DNA of 64,000 nucleotides from Takakia lepidozioides (Eukaryota; Plantae; Bryophyta): NCBI GenBank assembly GCA_030704615.1, contig CM060734.1, positions 63,116,001-63,180,000 of the forward strand, written 5' to 3'. This document shows, piece by piece, positions 38,130-52,400 of the stretch (position 1 is its first letter; the number at the start of each line of letters is the position of its first letter). The notes under the pieces are model-generated. The model had not been told where the DNA came from, made no database searches, and was given only the letters and a program-made list of their open reading frames with translations. The position numbers were made by a program, and so were the translations under genes.

Positions 38130-38640
38130 CGTATCCTGGATGATGGTGTGTTCCTGCAGCAAGGCATGGCCTCTCTGCCAAAGCCTGTCAGAAGCTACAC
38201 CAAGGTATGCATTTTTCTTCTGGGCTAGGCTGGTCATGACAACATTTTATATTTCCCATCTTGAAGTTACGGAAGAAAATAAAAACTGGAGCGCTACAGC
38301 ACCAACTTCCAGATAGGCAAAGGGCTGCTGGGTCTTGATTTATTATGGCTGTGCTGGGTGGGGAGCTGCTAGGTGTACAAGCTGGGGTCGATAACACGGA
38401 ACCTGGATGGACGCGGTTTAGTAACTATACAGATCTCCGGTGTGAGCTTGCATGCATGTTTGGGCTGGAGGGCCAACTGGACCAGAAGCTGGGGTGGCAA
38501 CTAGTGTTCTGCAATGAGAATGATCTCCTCGCTGTGGGGGATGATCCTTGGGAGTACGTTTCTTTCCAACACTCCGCACCTTTCCTTACATGAGAAAAAG
38601 ATTCTGTGGATTGTGTGAGTCCTCAGAGGATGGCCGCCAG
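38130..38640 (+). pseudogene. ARF: Auxin response factor (ARF) C-terminal PB1-domain gene fragment
   Basis: PKPVRSYTK|GT..AG|[57 protein letters not shown]|GT; intron retained; frameshift present; no B3 domain nearby. Confidence 0.85.
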
Positions 38641-40857
38641 CAGTTGTATTACTGCGGATCCCTAAGAAATACTTGTAGGGTCCCTGCAGCAATATTGCTG
38701 TAGTGGCGAGCGCAGCTTGCTATGAATGGTCAAAGGCTTGAAGCTCTTTCTATTTAAAGTTTCAAGTCATTGTGTGGCTAGGAGTTGATTCACAGATCCT
38801 TGTCTCAGGAGCACAAGCTGTGCTGGACATGTCCACATTCACTCCAAGTGAAGTGACTCCGGCCACCGGATATTGTCTAACTAGGGTACTCACGTTTGTA
38901 TGGAAAATCAGGAAGCTTGCAATTTTTCAGGAGGCAACAACACTGAGATGATATTGTGGGAGTGGATGTTAATTTATTTCTTGGCCCACAGCAGTGTTTG
39001 GTTTTAACTTTAGGTTATGGTCTTCGTATTGAATATGTCTGGTGTCTCTCCCCTGAGAATTGCACTCGTAGCAGAAAGCCAATATTGCTTCACATTGGTC
39101 TATTTTGTGAGCTTGTGGAACTCCCTGCAAGATTCCCATGAGCATAACGCATAAGCACAATATGAAATATACAACAACACATATGTACTAGCAGGATATA
39201 AGAGGGGATTCTAATGTCTCTTCTCTCTTCAATGGGTGGTTGATATCAGTGAGTTTGTGATCTCGGTCCGGGGAATTCGCATACTATCACCACTGGAAGT
39301 TTACTTCTACATGAATAAGGAGCGATTTGGTGTTGCCTGTGACATCGTAAATGCTGGTGTCCCACAAAGCTCTGACCCTGGTGCATATCTCTACATATGA
39401 GTTCTTGCTGGGTGACCACAGGTCAGGTTTGTCTTGGTACCTCAGGTGCTCCCATCGCACTTGTGAGGAATGCGACAATACAGGGAAAGCTGCGCATGGT
39501 GTAACCCTGTGCACTGACGGTCAGACAGCCCAGCAGCGCGCAAAGGTTTCCCTGGTGGTGGCCAGATACTAGGTAGGCTGTAAGGATGCCCAACTGCCTG
39601 ACAAAGGCATGAGACGACGTCCACAGTGAGGGACCAATAGAGTTGGGTGCTCTTTTCAGGTTGAAGGTGCCTGAAGATCTATCCTGGGCTATCAAGGGAT
39701 CTACAACTTTCATGTGTATTTACCACTCAATTGGATTGCTACATTCTTTGATGGGATTGCTCCAAATCTAGAATGATTGCATGTTGCACGTTATTGGTTC
39801 AGCTCTATAGACAATCTTAGGAGGCCTTATTGAGTTAGCAAGGTGCACAGAAGCCACGCCGCCAAGTGCAGGTCTCGGAGGTAGGGATCTTGTTGATTGG
39901 GTTCCATATTGCCTGTGTTTTGGGGCACTAATGGTGAGCATCCTCTAAGAATCAAGTCATGAATGAGGTGTGGTGGGTGTATTGAAAGTACATTCTTCTG
40001 AAGGCCTACCTCGTGGACAAAGAATCAAAGCAAAGAGAACCTCTGTCTACCTATGGAGGCACATTGTTGTAAACTAAAAGCTGGGGGGTGTTGGGCCAAC
40101 ATTAATTCATGTTCTTGTGCTCGATGGGCATTTCATGTACAACAGAATTGTGCCACACCAAGGGGAGGCATTGATCGGGACCAAATGAACCTAGAATGGT
40201 CAATGCAATCTGGCAGCCCACATGCTCTCTTGAGCACTTAAAATTAGGGATGATCCGAACTTGGATGGCACTTGTCTTCTACACATGCAAGTCTCCACCA
40301 ACCGCCCTGTCTGAATTCGACATAAAGACCTGAGCCTCATGGGAGGTTGTTTTAAACAAATCTATGGGAGCCCTTGAAGAAGCTCCAGACCAGGAGCCTT
40401 GCGATGCACCGTTCATTAGGCAACTAGGCCCCTCCATATGCGCCCCCTCTCTTCGAAGGAAAATAGTAAGATGTTCTTGTTGTTTACAACTATGGCTCAC
40501 ACGGTCAGGCTCTCAGAGCGCAGGGAACACAACAAGCTCTTTAACGGTGGTGTAAGAGGCACATGCAGCACTGCAGCAGCTATCTATAAGAGAGAGTCTT
40601 TCCACAAAGAGAAGGGCGCTAATGACGCATAGGTGTCATGTTCATAGAGGTCAAAGCATCTCTCTACGGGTGAAAGCTCATAAAGAGAAGATGGCCTTCA
40701 CACGCAGAGCAAGGGCCAGGGGATCGTGGGTGGCCGGTGGATCAATGCGCTAGTCCTTTAAAGCTGGGTTACGTTCATATCAGCTCCTTTACTTTACCAG
40801 TCTCGGGTGGAGCACCGAAAGCTCAGAGAATGCAGACACATGCACAGAAGAGTTTGA

Positions 40858-43127
40858 ATGCCTGCATTGTCCCCGGGCTCGAATGGTTCTAGAAGCCCAG
40901 CGAGCTCCGAAGGGGCTCAATCGCCTGTTGTCGGATCACGAAAGGCCTCTTCACCTGCCGAGTCTCCTACATTTCCGACGCCATCTTTGCACATTATGAA
41001 GAGCTCAGTGTATCGTGCAGCCCACGGGGTTCAAAGGATGGGCGCAAGGAATCAGCGGAGAAGAGCAGGGACGCAGATGCCTTCCCCTCCTCCAATGGCT
41101 CGGAAACCTTCTCTCACAATAAAGAGCACCGGCCTTCGTGCGGGAATTTCAGAAAGGGAGCTGGTCGGCTTGAAGGATGGGTGCAAAGAGACAGTCGAAA
41201 AGAAGGAGGCAGATCCCAGGAAAGATCCGGAGGCGCAAGAAGAGAAGAGGTTTGTTGAAAACGATGACGAGGATGAGGTGGGTATTAGGAGTGTGCTAGG
41301 TGAAGCTAGGGCAAAGTTTGCTATGGTCGAGAAAAGAACAATTGACCACTGGAAAGCTGCAGCTGCACAGGCTAAAGCTGCTTCTGCTGAAAAGAAGTTA
41401 GAGGAAAGAGCTCGGCATCTTGAGGAGAAGGTACTAAAGCTGGAAGATGAACTCAGGGACTCAGCAGCCATCGAGGTGGCTTTGTATTCTGTAGTAGCTG
41501 AGCATGGGAGCTCTTCCCATAAGGTTCACACGCCTGCCCGCCGCCTCGCAAGGCTTTACTTACATGCATTCCAGAACTGGAGCCCAGAGAGACGAGCAAG
41601 CTCGGCCTGGAACTCCGTATCCGGATTGATTTTGGTTATACGAGCATGTGGAAATGATATTCCAAGGTTGATGTACTGGTGGTCCAATGTGGTTGTTCTT
41701 AGAGAAACCATCGGTCAGGTGTGTGATGTTGAACTCGCAGCTGCCAGTGCGGAGGCAGAGGGCGGTACTTCCATTAACAGTCCAAATAGCAATGGCTTTG
41801 CTGCTCGAGCATTACGATCCCAACAGCTAAGAAAAAGTCTGTCCTCGAATGACAGCAGCCATTTGTTGATCCCAAACGGATTGAAGAAGGATTGGCGAGA
41901 ATGCAGCACCTTTGTCAGTGCACTTTTGAGCATTGAAGCATGGATTCACGCAAGGGTCTTGGAGTCTGTCTGGTGGCAGGCAATGACCCCCCAATGCAGA
42001 TTGGAGGAATCCTGCCTGTAGGCAACCCTCTCCATGGAGATGCGAAGGAAGAGTGGAACAAGTCTGCAAGTAAGGTCAAGAACGAGTTGGATGAGTGGCC
42101 TGCCGATGGACAAGAACTTTTCGCCAAGGAAAAAGTGGATTCCAACCTTCACAAGCTAGGAGATACCCGCCAGGGAAATATCTCTGTGGAGATATGGAAG
42201 AGGGCTTTCACGGATGCTTTGAAACGCCTTTGTCCTCCTCACGGAGAGGGTCACGAATGTGGCTGCCTCCCAGTGCTAAAGAGAATGATAATTGAAGAGT
42301 GTGTGGAGAGGCTGGACGTTGCTATGTTCAATGGGATTGTGCGCGATCCACAGGATGATTCTCCTACAGAACCCCTTGCAGATCCAATCACCAACATTTT
42401 GGTCCTTCCTATTCCCACTGGGGGCCTTACCTTCGGCGCTGGCTCTCAACTGAAGAATGTGGTAGTGAATTGGTCAACATGGATCTCGGCCCTCGTCAGT
42501 TTCAAAGACCCAAGCATTGCCGAATCCATCAATGGAGATGGCAATGCATCACAGCCTGAGAATGCAGTGGATGAAGAGCCAGTTCGTTTTAGTCTGCTCA
42601 AAGCCACAGGTGATCTTTTGATGCTGCCTAAGGAAATTCTCTTGGACAAAGATATGAGGAAAGAGGTTTGTCCAGGCCTGAGCTTACCCCTGATGCGTCG
42701 AGTCTTGTGTAATTTTGTGCCTGATGAGTTCTCTCCAGATTCTGTGTCACCTGCCCTTTTGGCCGGCATTGATACTGAGTTGTCAATGGAAACCAAAAAA
42801 CAAGGTGAGGCAGACACACACCATGTCATAGCATGTGTGCCTCCAGTGACCTACACCCGACCTTCCTCACATTTAGTCAGGCTGTGGATTGGGGATTCCC
42901 CTGGAGCTTCTCGGTCAGGCTTGAGTACCTCGTCACTTTTGCGGAAGGGATATACCAGTGACGACGAATTGGAGGAATATCAAAATCCCCTTGGGTTGTT
43001 GCAATATAGTCTGGGTAAACCCTATTACAGCAGTGAGTTGCCCATTAATGGGAAAAAAAAAAAGAGGGAAGAGTCCGGGGTTGCCAGGCGCTACCAGCTG
43101 CTTAAGGAGGTGTGGGCAACCCAATGA
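40858..43127 (+). CDS. Plant 'nucleolar protein gar2-related / NT-C2 (EEIG1/EHBP1) family' C-terminal-domain protein, frameshifted at ~41990 (pseudogene or assembly error)
   Basis: LRDSAAIEVALYSVVAEHGSSSHKVHTPARRLARLYLHA, RACGNDIPRLMYWWSN, ESVWWQAMTP, RLCP..HECGCLPVL, RLDVAMFNGI, FGAGSQLKN, DLLMLPKE, RKEVCP, NFVPDEF, LRKGYTSDDELEE, RYQLLKEVW. Two overlapping ORFs join at a C6 run. Confidence 0.8.
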
Positions 43128-43474
43128 TCTCCTTTATCAATTTTGACCTGTTGATAGTGTGTCCATGTCTGTCATGTGTTGGATCTCTGTAGGAATTTTT
43201 GGCCCAGGGGGAGAGGTAAGGTAGTTGAGAAAGGCTGCAGACTTTGGTATGAAATGTGGCTTGGGTATGTACCTTTGGGCATTGTATAGCTGACAATTTA
43301 TATGTACAATCCAGACAATGTTTGATAATCACAGCCTTTTCACTTAAAAAAGTGGTGTACCAAACTCTCATTTGCTTTATTACAGACATGAAGTAACGTA
43401 AATCTCAATTCCTTGCACTAGAGAATGGCAGAGGGCCAGGGGTTCTTGAAAAACAGTTGCACTTTTGTGCATGA

Positions 43475-46400
43475 TCAAGCTTGGAAATTTTCGACAGCAG
43501 AGGATCTTTGTAGCATGTCATGAACTTTCCATTGAAGGCGATTCATGGCCCCTGAAACCTTCCTTCCATTGTTATTGATTTGAACTTCCTTAGAAGTATC
43601 AACCAGCGCTGCCTTCCACTTGGAGATGAGGTGAAACAAATGGGATTGGGAGAACCCCACCAAAAGCTGCTCAAACACAGCAAGTATCGCCTGGTTTACA
43701 TCGACTTGGTACAAGGATTGCACTGGTGGTTCACCAGCTAGAGTTTGTTGGCATTTCCACGGACTGTTGTATGACCTGTCACACACACATCAAGTTGATG
43801 ACACAACATTTGAGAAAACGGATGATGCTAACTGACCTGAAGAGAGCTTAATTATTCAGGTCCGATTATACATGCTACAGCTACATGACATAGACATGAC
43901 CAGAACCACCCATACTACTTGTGTTAGGGCCAAGCACAAGAGACACTTTGACAAAGCACAATCCATGGCCATACAGGAATGTGACTGAACTTTGATTGAT
44001 TGCCATAGAAAGTGTCTTCAAATCAAGCTGGAGTAACAGCAATACTAGGCAGTGATTACAGGCAAACATGGACTCCCATTTCCACAAGATGTAAGGAAAT
44101 TCCTCACCAGCGCCAGGCTGGATCAGTTTCCTCAGGAGTAGGGACATCTGAGAGAAGAAGTTGCACCAGGTCTTCGACAAGCTGAATTAAGGCCTTGTCT
44201 CCTACACAGGTCATGCACATGCAGCCATGGGAATAAGTCAAAAGCAACATAGATCTCACATAATGGATTTTGCTTACTCACTAAGAAACAGAAACATTTT
44301 CCCTGCTTCCCTCTCCTTCCAGTGGTGCCATGGCATAATGGGCTGGTAGCCTTTTCTTTAGGCTATTTATGGTCTACAGCCACTCAGAAGCTGGCAAGCG
44401 CAATCCGTTATGTTTTGGAGCAGGTGTGAGGCCATGGTTCTCCGTGGCTAACTTTTCCTCTCTCAATATTTCAAACGCGTCTGTCCCCACTCCTAACACA
44501 TAACTGGAAAAACCAGAGAAAAAGCCAACAAAGATCCAACTGGCGGACATGCCCTTAACTTTCATTGAAATTTTGAGATTTGATCCATTGGTCAAATAGT
44601 CACAAATGAGTAGCACAATCTCAGCTTACCAACTCAACAAAGCTCTTCCATCTAAATACAGGAGCAGCTGTATGGTTCCAGCCTTTGAGCCTTTTTGGAG
44701 GCAATGAACTAACACAGTTTACCCTTGCGAGCACATTGTGAACCTCTACTACTAGTCATTATACTTCATGCTTACAATAGTGTAGATCAAAAGCGTGCTA
44801 CAAGCAGTACATGGGCTGGGGCCAAATGCTACAAGACTAACCTTCTTTTCCGCTGTTTATCGAGGACAAGCTTCCACGAAAGGGCCACAGTGCCTCCAAT
44901 GAAGTTACGATTGAAACCGATGAGCCACCAGAAGACTGGATTCCCACATGCCTGTGCAGCTGCACTAGAAGGCCTGCCAGCTTATCATTAACAGAACTTG
45001 CTGGCAGTGTCACAGTTGTGCTGCCTATGAGGACAGACCAACACGTGGCAGGACTTCGTGCACCAACTTTTGCCACCACTTTGCCCTTCACTGACTTTCC
45101 AAGGATGAGAGAAGCTCCTAGCCAGCGCAAAAGTTTCTCAGGAATGCTCTCAGGGAAGATCTGACCTCCTTCAGCATACCCTACCTTCTGCTGCTGACCA
45201 TGTCCTAGGTACGGACTACGATTGAACATAGTCGGCATATGCATTGCAACTGCTACTGCCCAGGTAGCCACACGGAATAGCAACATCTTGTCCTGAAATG
45301 GTACAAAATATCATAGTTATTAGTGAATGCAGAAAGAGTAAGAGGGTTTGGAGGGGGCCACACATTAGTGACACAAACCCTATTTTTGTTGATGGGGATG
45401 CCAAATCAGATGTACTAAATAGACGTAAGCATGATCAGCAGATGAGAGAAGACCACTCAACATATATATCCAACGAAGGAAAGACAGCCTTACATCTCCA
45501 GGATCAAACACGACACGACAGCAGTAAGGTAAAAGAAGTGTTCACAGACTGACATAGCAATAAATTTATCAACTGTTTCACAACCACATACAGGTGGACA
45601 AACCTCATGCGTTGCAGCTGCAGGCGGTGAACTCTGAAGAAGCAACTGCAGGGCGAGTGCTTGGGTCTCTTGGGTGGTTGACACGCCAAAGCCGATGTCT
45701 GGGCCTTCAGTCTCCACCCATTGGATCACCTCCCATATGCCATTTAAAGAGAGACTAAAATGTGTCTGATGCTTTTTCCTCCTCTGTGAGAGGTGGAGGA
45801 CAGTTGTCATGATGCGAAGGGTGGGCCTTCGAAAGACCGCACGCTGTTTGCAGTTTGCACAACCATGGGTCAGGAAGTGATGCAACCCAAGGGCAACTGT
45901 GGAAAGCTCTTCCATGCCCTCAGCAAGGCCGCGTTGCTCCACTACCTTCCACCTCAATACACGCTCAATCACCTGTTATTCATGGTAAGTTCTTGGCAAA
46001 AAGTCAATTCTTCCTTGCTTGCCAAAGAGATGAAATGAAATGAAATGGTGCTTTATAACGTCCGCGGAAAGCTCATAGAGCTTATGGGACAAAATCGAAG
46101 AAAACACGAGAGGGGAAACAAAACCAGAGCTAAAGATAAAAACTATTGCTCGAGTGATTGTCTAAGGGTGAGTGCCTCATGCAGGTAAGCTGCCAAGCAT
46201 TTCTGATCTTCATAGTGGAAGACTTCAGTGAGGGATTGGGTTCCACGGAATAGACAGTGGAATCTCCCACAGATCTCATAGTATAGAGGGCAATAGAAGA
46301 AGAAGTGTTCTTCAATTTCAATTTCCTGGTTGCGCCCTATGCAAGATGGACATAGGCGGTCCTCCCGCTGCAGGTTTTCCCATCTGCCAGTCTGTATCCG

Positions 46401-49400
46401 TAGGTTGTGGGAGCCCACCCTGAACCGCCCCAATGCCCTCAGGAGAGAAGGAGATCCGAAAGGTAATTGGGCCGCAAGATTCTATCATCTCGGAGAACCA
46501 AGAATGTTTCTCGATAGAAATGAGCGCAGCAGTAATGAGACCAGAACTGAGCCTCCCACCACCCGGGTTACAGCAACTCTCGTCATCACACAGAGACATT
46601 TACAAAATTCCTGCATTAAATTGCTGCAGTACTTATAATTACTCCAAGAATTGCATGGACCTTAACTTTGATGGGTTAGGACAGCTTAACTGTGGTAAAG
46701 TCTTGTGATGAATTCATAACCAACGGCCATGGGGGAAGTTTGCTATTCTCAAAAACAGCTAAATACCTCTAGCACCATAGCCGCCATGTCACAAGCTTCG
46801 CTTCCATCTTTCACCCCAGTATCAGCTTCTCCAGCATTAACAGCTGCAAAAGAAAGCCATGGCAGGAAGCCTGCACGCTCAACCAGAGCCTGAGCACACC
46901 ACCCTATCCTTGCCGCTTTCCTCAGGACCTGTCAGAAAAGAGTAAGAGATTTAGAAACAGCAGTTTTTGGAAGCCATAGTAATTTTACATTCTGTATAGC
47001 ATGAAGAACAGACATCCATGAACCCATGCAAGCCACTGCATTCTACTCAAGCAGTAGAGTTCTCCATGATGTTCATTGGCAATTCAGGACAAGCCATGAT
47101 GTTCGTAGTTTTTGCTTGCACCTCTACCTCCACGTACAGAAAGCTGGCACCTACGGCACTTTCTATTTGCTCTTTCAGCGTTATCCAGTCTCCAGCTTAG
47201 TATCAAAATCTGAGAAAGGACGCACCTGCAGCACCCATTTGCGTGTGATGGTATCAGCTAGAGGTGAGCCATAGAAGCTCATTAGGATCTCCAGCAAGAA
47301 CTGACGTCGGTAGACCTGAAAATCGTGAGATGATGCCAAACCAAAGGCAAGCAGGCGGAGCATCCACAGCCGCTCACTTCGGTAGCCAGGTGACCCACTC
47401 CCAAACATTGAGTGGAAAAGAGGAACATACTGGCAACCCAACACCCATCAAAAAGTCATTGAGCTTAACCAGGTGGTTGCATAGGAACTGTAAGGAAGGG
47501 AAGCAACCAGGCGTATATAGAGACAACTCAAGGACACTTGTGAACAGTAGTATACAGCGAATTCACACAGGAGCTTCAGTACACTCAAGCTCATGTGAAG
47601 TAGAAGCAAGCAAGAAATGAAATGGTACCGTCCGCAGGAAGCTCAAAGAGCTTATGGGAATAGAGGGCAGTGAGAGAAGAAATGTTCTTCACTTTCAATT
47701 TCCCACCGCAAGCAGATTTTTCCACCTGCCATTCTCTATCCACAGTGTGTGGGAGCCCACCCTGAACATTTCCGAATGCCCTTAGAAGAGAGGGAGATAG
47801 AGCTGCAGACATGTAATTAGGCTGCACAATCCTATCGTCACAGAGAACCAAGAATGGCTCCCGATCGAATTGCAGTTTTGTTGATAGAGTATTGAGAGAA
47901 AGAAAGAAGCTTCATAACATCCATAGAGGGCCACAAGGGCCCATGGACAAGATAGAATATACCAAGAACTAAAACATACATCAAGGAGAGAGAAGTTGGG
48001 GGAAACAGAGCATAGAGTAGGGTGGGAGACAGAGGGAGGCAACGAGAGAAAGGCACCTCAAGGTCCATGCCAGGCCCACGAAGAAGGTACCGAGTGATGG
48101 TCAGATAGAGTGCATTTTCAGGATGCATTAAAATGCATGATGCCTCTGCAGCAAACAGTGTCAGAACAAACGGAAGCCGCTGCCAGGCCTCTGTAATTGC
48201 ATTTTTAACATACGTCAACAGCAGTCGAATCTGCGGCCTTCCCTTGAAACTTGGGCCCTCCTGCAAGAGTACATCTATCAGGAAGCTAATCAGAATGTCA
48301 GCACACGAGCAACAGTCAGGCAAACTCTCCGATGGAAAATACTTGAAATGGTATTCAGAGCTTGGCCAATATTAAAGCAACCTGGGGTGTTTTGCCACTC
48401 AGAGGTCCTGCAAGCAAAGGGAGCAATAGCATGGCCCCACAGCCCTCCATATGATAGAGCCCCACTAACTGAATAGATCATGAGGCACCCTAAGCCAATT
48501 CAACAAAGCTATCAGCTATGCTTACCTCCAAGACAGTCAGGAACTTGGCCAAAATTTCATAGCCCAACTTCCGCATGATTTCGTTGGCAGAGCTGATGGA
48601 AGCCAGGGCTACAGCAAGCAACCCTTGGTGCACAAATACATCAGCATCAATGCACCCTATTGAGAGTCCATGCAGTGCAAATGGCAGGATGTAGGCTGGG
48701 TCATAGGCAGCTGCCATCAAACCTTGCTCATCAGCATCACCAGTTTTTTGATGAAAACCCTGTAGAGAGATGACAAAGTGTTATACTGGAGGAGGGAGAG
48801 CAAGGGATTTATCACAACCGGGACAGGGCCAAAGTGCCCAAGAGAGACAAGAATATAAAAAGACTGTAGAACCACAGACACCAAAGATCTACTCGAAACA
48901 GAAAGAACGAAGAACGAAACTTACAACAGTCAAGGGAGCGCTGCCAAGGAAAAGAAAAAACAGAATGGGGCTCCCAACAACCTAGCCACGACAATCATGT
49001 GGAGAGCCTCATGTAACAATGTCACACAACATCTTTGTAATGGAAAAATTCAGTCAAGGAGTAGCTGTCCCTAGAAGAGCAAAACAGAAACCACGGATTC
49101 CATAGAGGCAAGGACAGAAGATAAGGGAAGGAGAACGGATGACCAAATAGTCACAAACCTGGAATGCACCTTGGTGCTGGCAACCCTTTCACGAAGCCCC
49201 CATTAGAGTCTAGACTTTATACTCACGCGTCGGGTCTTTTTGTCTAGTTGAAGTATGAATGAAGATGAGTTCCTTGATGAGGAATTGAGATATTCAACGT
49301 TGTGTAAAGAAAAAGTATGAAGTATGCAAGTATATAAGTTTGGTGCTCAAGGACCAGAGCTCCATTGTCGACTCCTAACAGTTGAGCATTCATGAGCTGT

Positions 49401-52400
49401 GGCATAACCCAAAACTTCCCACCCTACAGCCACCAGTATGAAGCTCCATTACTGCGCTGCAAGACACTTAAAAAATAGCCCTGTACTACACTGCTGCTGC
49501 AGCCAAAAGGCTCACCCCTGAAGTGCTTCTGGTCTCTCGCATCCCATGTATGTTCACTCTGAAAACAATCATTTTGACTACAAACCAAGCTTACCTTCAT
49601 TAATGGCCTGTCAACCTCTTCAAGTCCTTCCCATGGCTGTCTATTTGCCGGAAAGTACAACACAGACAACCCACACCTCTGTGGGTCTATTGCTATGTCC
49701 TCCCTAAATGTTCGCCTTCGAGCCTCTGCCTTCATCTCATCTGCCACCATATCCTCATCACTTGTCAGCTTGATTTCTTCGGCTCTTGCTCTCCTCCTCT
49801 TAAGTGCAGCCTCCCCCCACAGATAATCCCTGCCCGCCAAACCAACACATCCTGCACAGGTATTCTTCATTAGAGCAACAAGTTCAGTCAACGCCACAGA
49901 CCAAAAGAGTTATTACGGCCAGCTTCTTGCAACTTAATATCCTTGAGAAAGTGACAGCTTCACTTGCTCCCATGACCTGAACTATGTCATTGCTCAAGGC
50001 TTAAAGCTACAAGTGACTAGCTGGTGAGAAGATGCCCCTTCCATCTACAGAAGCATGTTAGAATCACGAAAGCACTGCTGAATGCTTAGCAAGCTATGTA
50101 TTATTACACCAACTCACAGCAACAACATCCTATCTTCATCCCATGTTGGTTGAGTACATAGAACACTACCTGCCCCACTGTATGCCTCCAGTTCATGCAT
50201 CAGCTCAAAAATTTCAAGATCCACCTTGTTCATTGTGGCACCATATGCTGCCAATAGCAAGGAGATAAGCTCTTCCAATGTTGCTCTCTCTTCTGCTGTC
50301 ATTGCTATGCTACCCGGGCGCATCTTTAGCCAAAAGAGCAACCGCACAAGCTTTACAAGCTGCAACCGCCTCTGCTCAATTCGATCCTGTTCATCATCTC
50401 CAGCCTCTTCCACTGACTTGGTAACAACCTCATCTTCCATATCCTTTTTTGGAGATAATTGTCCATTGGCTCCATCCAGATGAGAGACAAGAGGAGACCC
50501 AACCAACGAGAGAAGAGAGGAAAGCGAAGTCAACATGGTATCCTTCCCAGCATGACCCCCGTGAAGTCTTTGAACTGATCCAGAAGAAAGTATAGAAGGC
50601 ACAAACTGTGAGTGAGCCATCACTAGGTCTAGCACACTTGTAGCAACCTCACTCACAGCAGCAATGGATGCCAGCCCATGGGCACCATGAAACAGACCCA
50701 CAGAGAGGGCTTGCAGTGCCAGCATTGTTGATGCATCCCCAAACCTGTATTTAAGGGCTGTCATTGCAAACATTCGGAGTAGAGAATAGCTTGGGAATCG
50801 AGGTCATCAACTTCAAGCACTGTCGCTATGTCAGTCAAACAAGCCAGCAGATACTCTTCCAGAAACTTTATAACATTTGGTCTCCAGTGATTACTGTGAA
50901 TCGTCGAGATATAACAGGAGTCAGATGCTTGGTATGCAATTGGGTCCCTTGGGTTTGTTTGAAGAGCACTCCCAAAGTAGCAACCAGACTAGCAGCAAAA
51001 CTCATGTTGGCCCCTGACTGTTTCTTCCCCCCTTTCATCTCCATTCCAGGAAACTCACTTGTCCCCTTGGATCCTTCTGTTTGCACCTCTACTAGCTTAT
51101 CATCCAACTGAGGAGAATGGCAGCTCATGAAGAGTTGCTTGATTATGGAAACCTGACTAAACAGCTTAAAAATTTGCAAGCGCAGGTCATGTTCAGAAAC
51201 ATGCTGGAAATGTGCATCTAGCGAGGCAAGGGCCGTGCCGTCCTTGGGCAGCAGATGGCGAATAAGCTTGTCCTGCTTCTTTAGACTGATAGCATGCCAC
51301 GAGAGACAATGGTGCAATAGTTTCATGATTCTCCCACTTGCTGAACGCAAGAAATCGCCCCAAAGGTCATTGCTGATGCCGCAATCTGACAGTCTCAAGA
51401 ACTCCAGTTTGGTTGAGTCAGTCGATCCAATTCCACTATAAGTGTCTATGAACGTGTTCCAATGCTTGAAGTGCTTTGACAGTCGACCCAAGTAAACAAG
51501 TGCCACATGTCTTGCCACATGATTGGTGAGTCTTAATGGAGTTTTGGACAAGTAAACTTCGGCAGGAGGTATTAGAAGCAATAGAACCTCATCTGAAAAA
51601 GGAGCCTCATTCATCTTGTATCTCAGGTGATTATCACTTGATAGCTTAACAGCCAATTCCACATGCGACCCACTCATACCATCAGCCACCCTATCTTTAG
51701 TTCCAGCCACGATCAAATTGCCAAACTCAGCCATGTGAACTGAACTTGCCTGCACTAGAAGCATTGCTATTTCTACTGTTACTTGGCTAGGTTTCACCAC
51801 ACAATATCTGAGAACTTCAACAGGAGTGATACTGACAAGCTGTGAATACTTGCCTACCATGTTGGGAGCTAGCAGGGCAGAGAGCAAGCACAGGTCTCCT
51901 GCTTCCGAAGGCTGTTGCAATGCTAATTCAATGACAGTTTTGAAGATGTCAACCAATGATTGCTGTTCCACTGCACCAAGATCACTGCCACTCCACTTTG
52001 ACCATGTCCAATGTCCTGTTTTTGCCTTCTGTCCTTCATAGAAGAGTTTTGCAAAATAAAGCCCAAACGATGGGTGAGCAAATACTGGTGGAGAGATTTG
52101 TCGCGAAACATGCTTGAGAGGAACAGCCTTTTTTGAAAACAAAGACTGCAAAAGCTCAATGAGGACTTCAGAGTCTGCATAAGGGACTAGCTCTGAGACA
52201 GCAAAGAGGGCAGATAATAAACTGTCACCCCTCGGATCCTGTCCATTTGCACTTCCAAGAAGCTCCATTCGAAATGCAGTGATTGCTCGCGCAATATAAG
52301 GTTGACAAGCAGTAGCAGTCGTTTCTTTGAGATTGTTCAACTGCTGTGCCACTGCAATGGATTTGACATCTCCATCCAAAGACGAAGAGATGTGTAGGAC

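Noticed and set aside
39280-40760. N-terminal C2 domain exons of the gar2-related gene
   Set aside because: I could not find NT-C2 motifs in any frame; the short ORFs here are unassignable.
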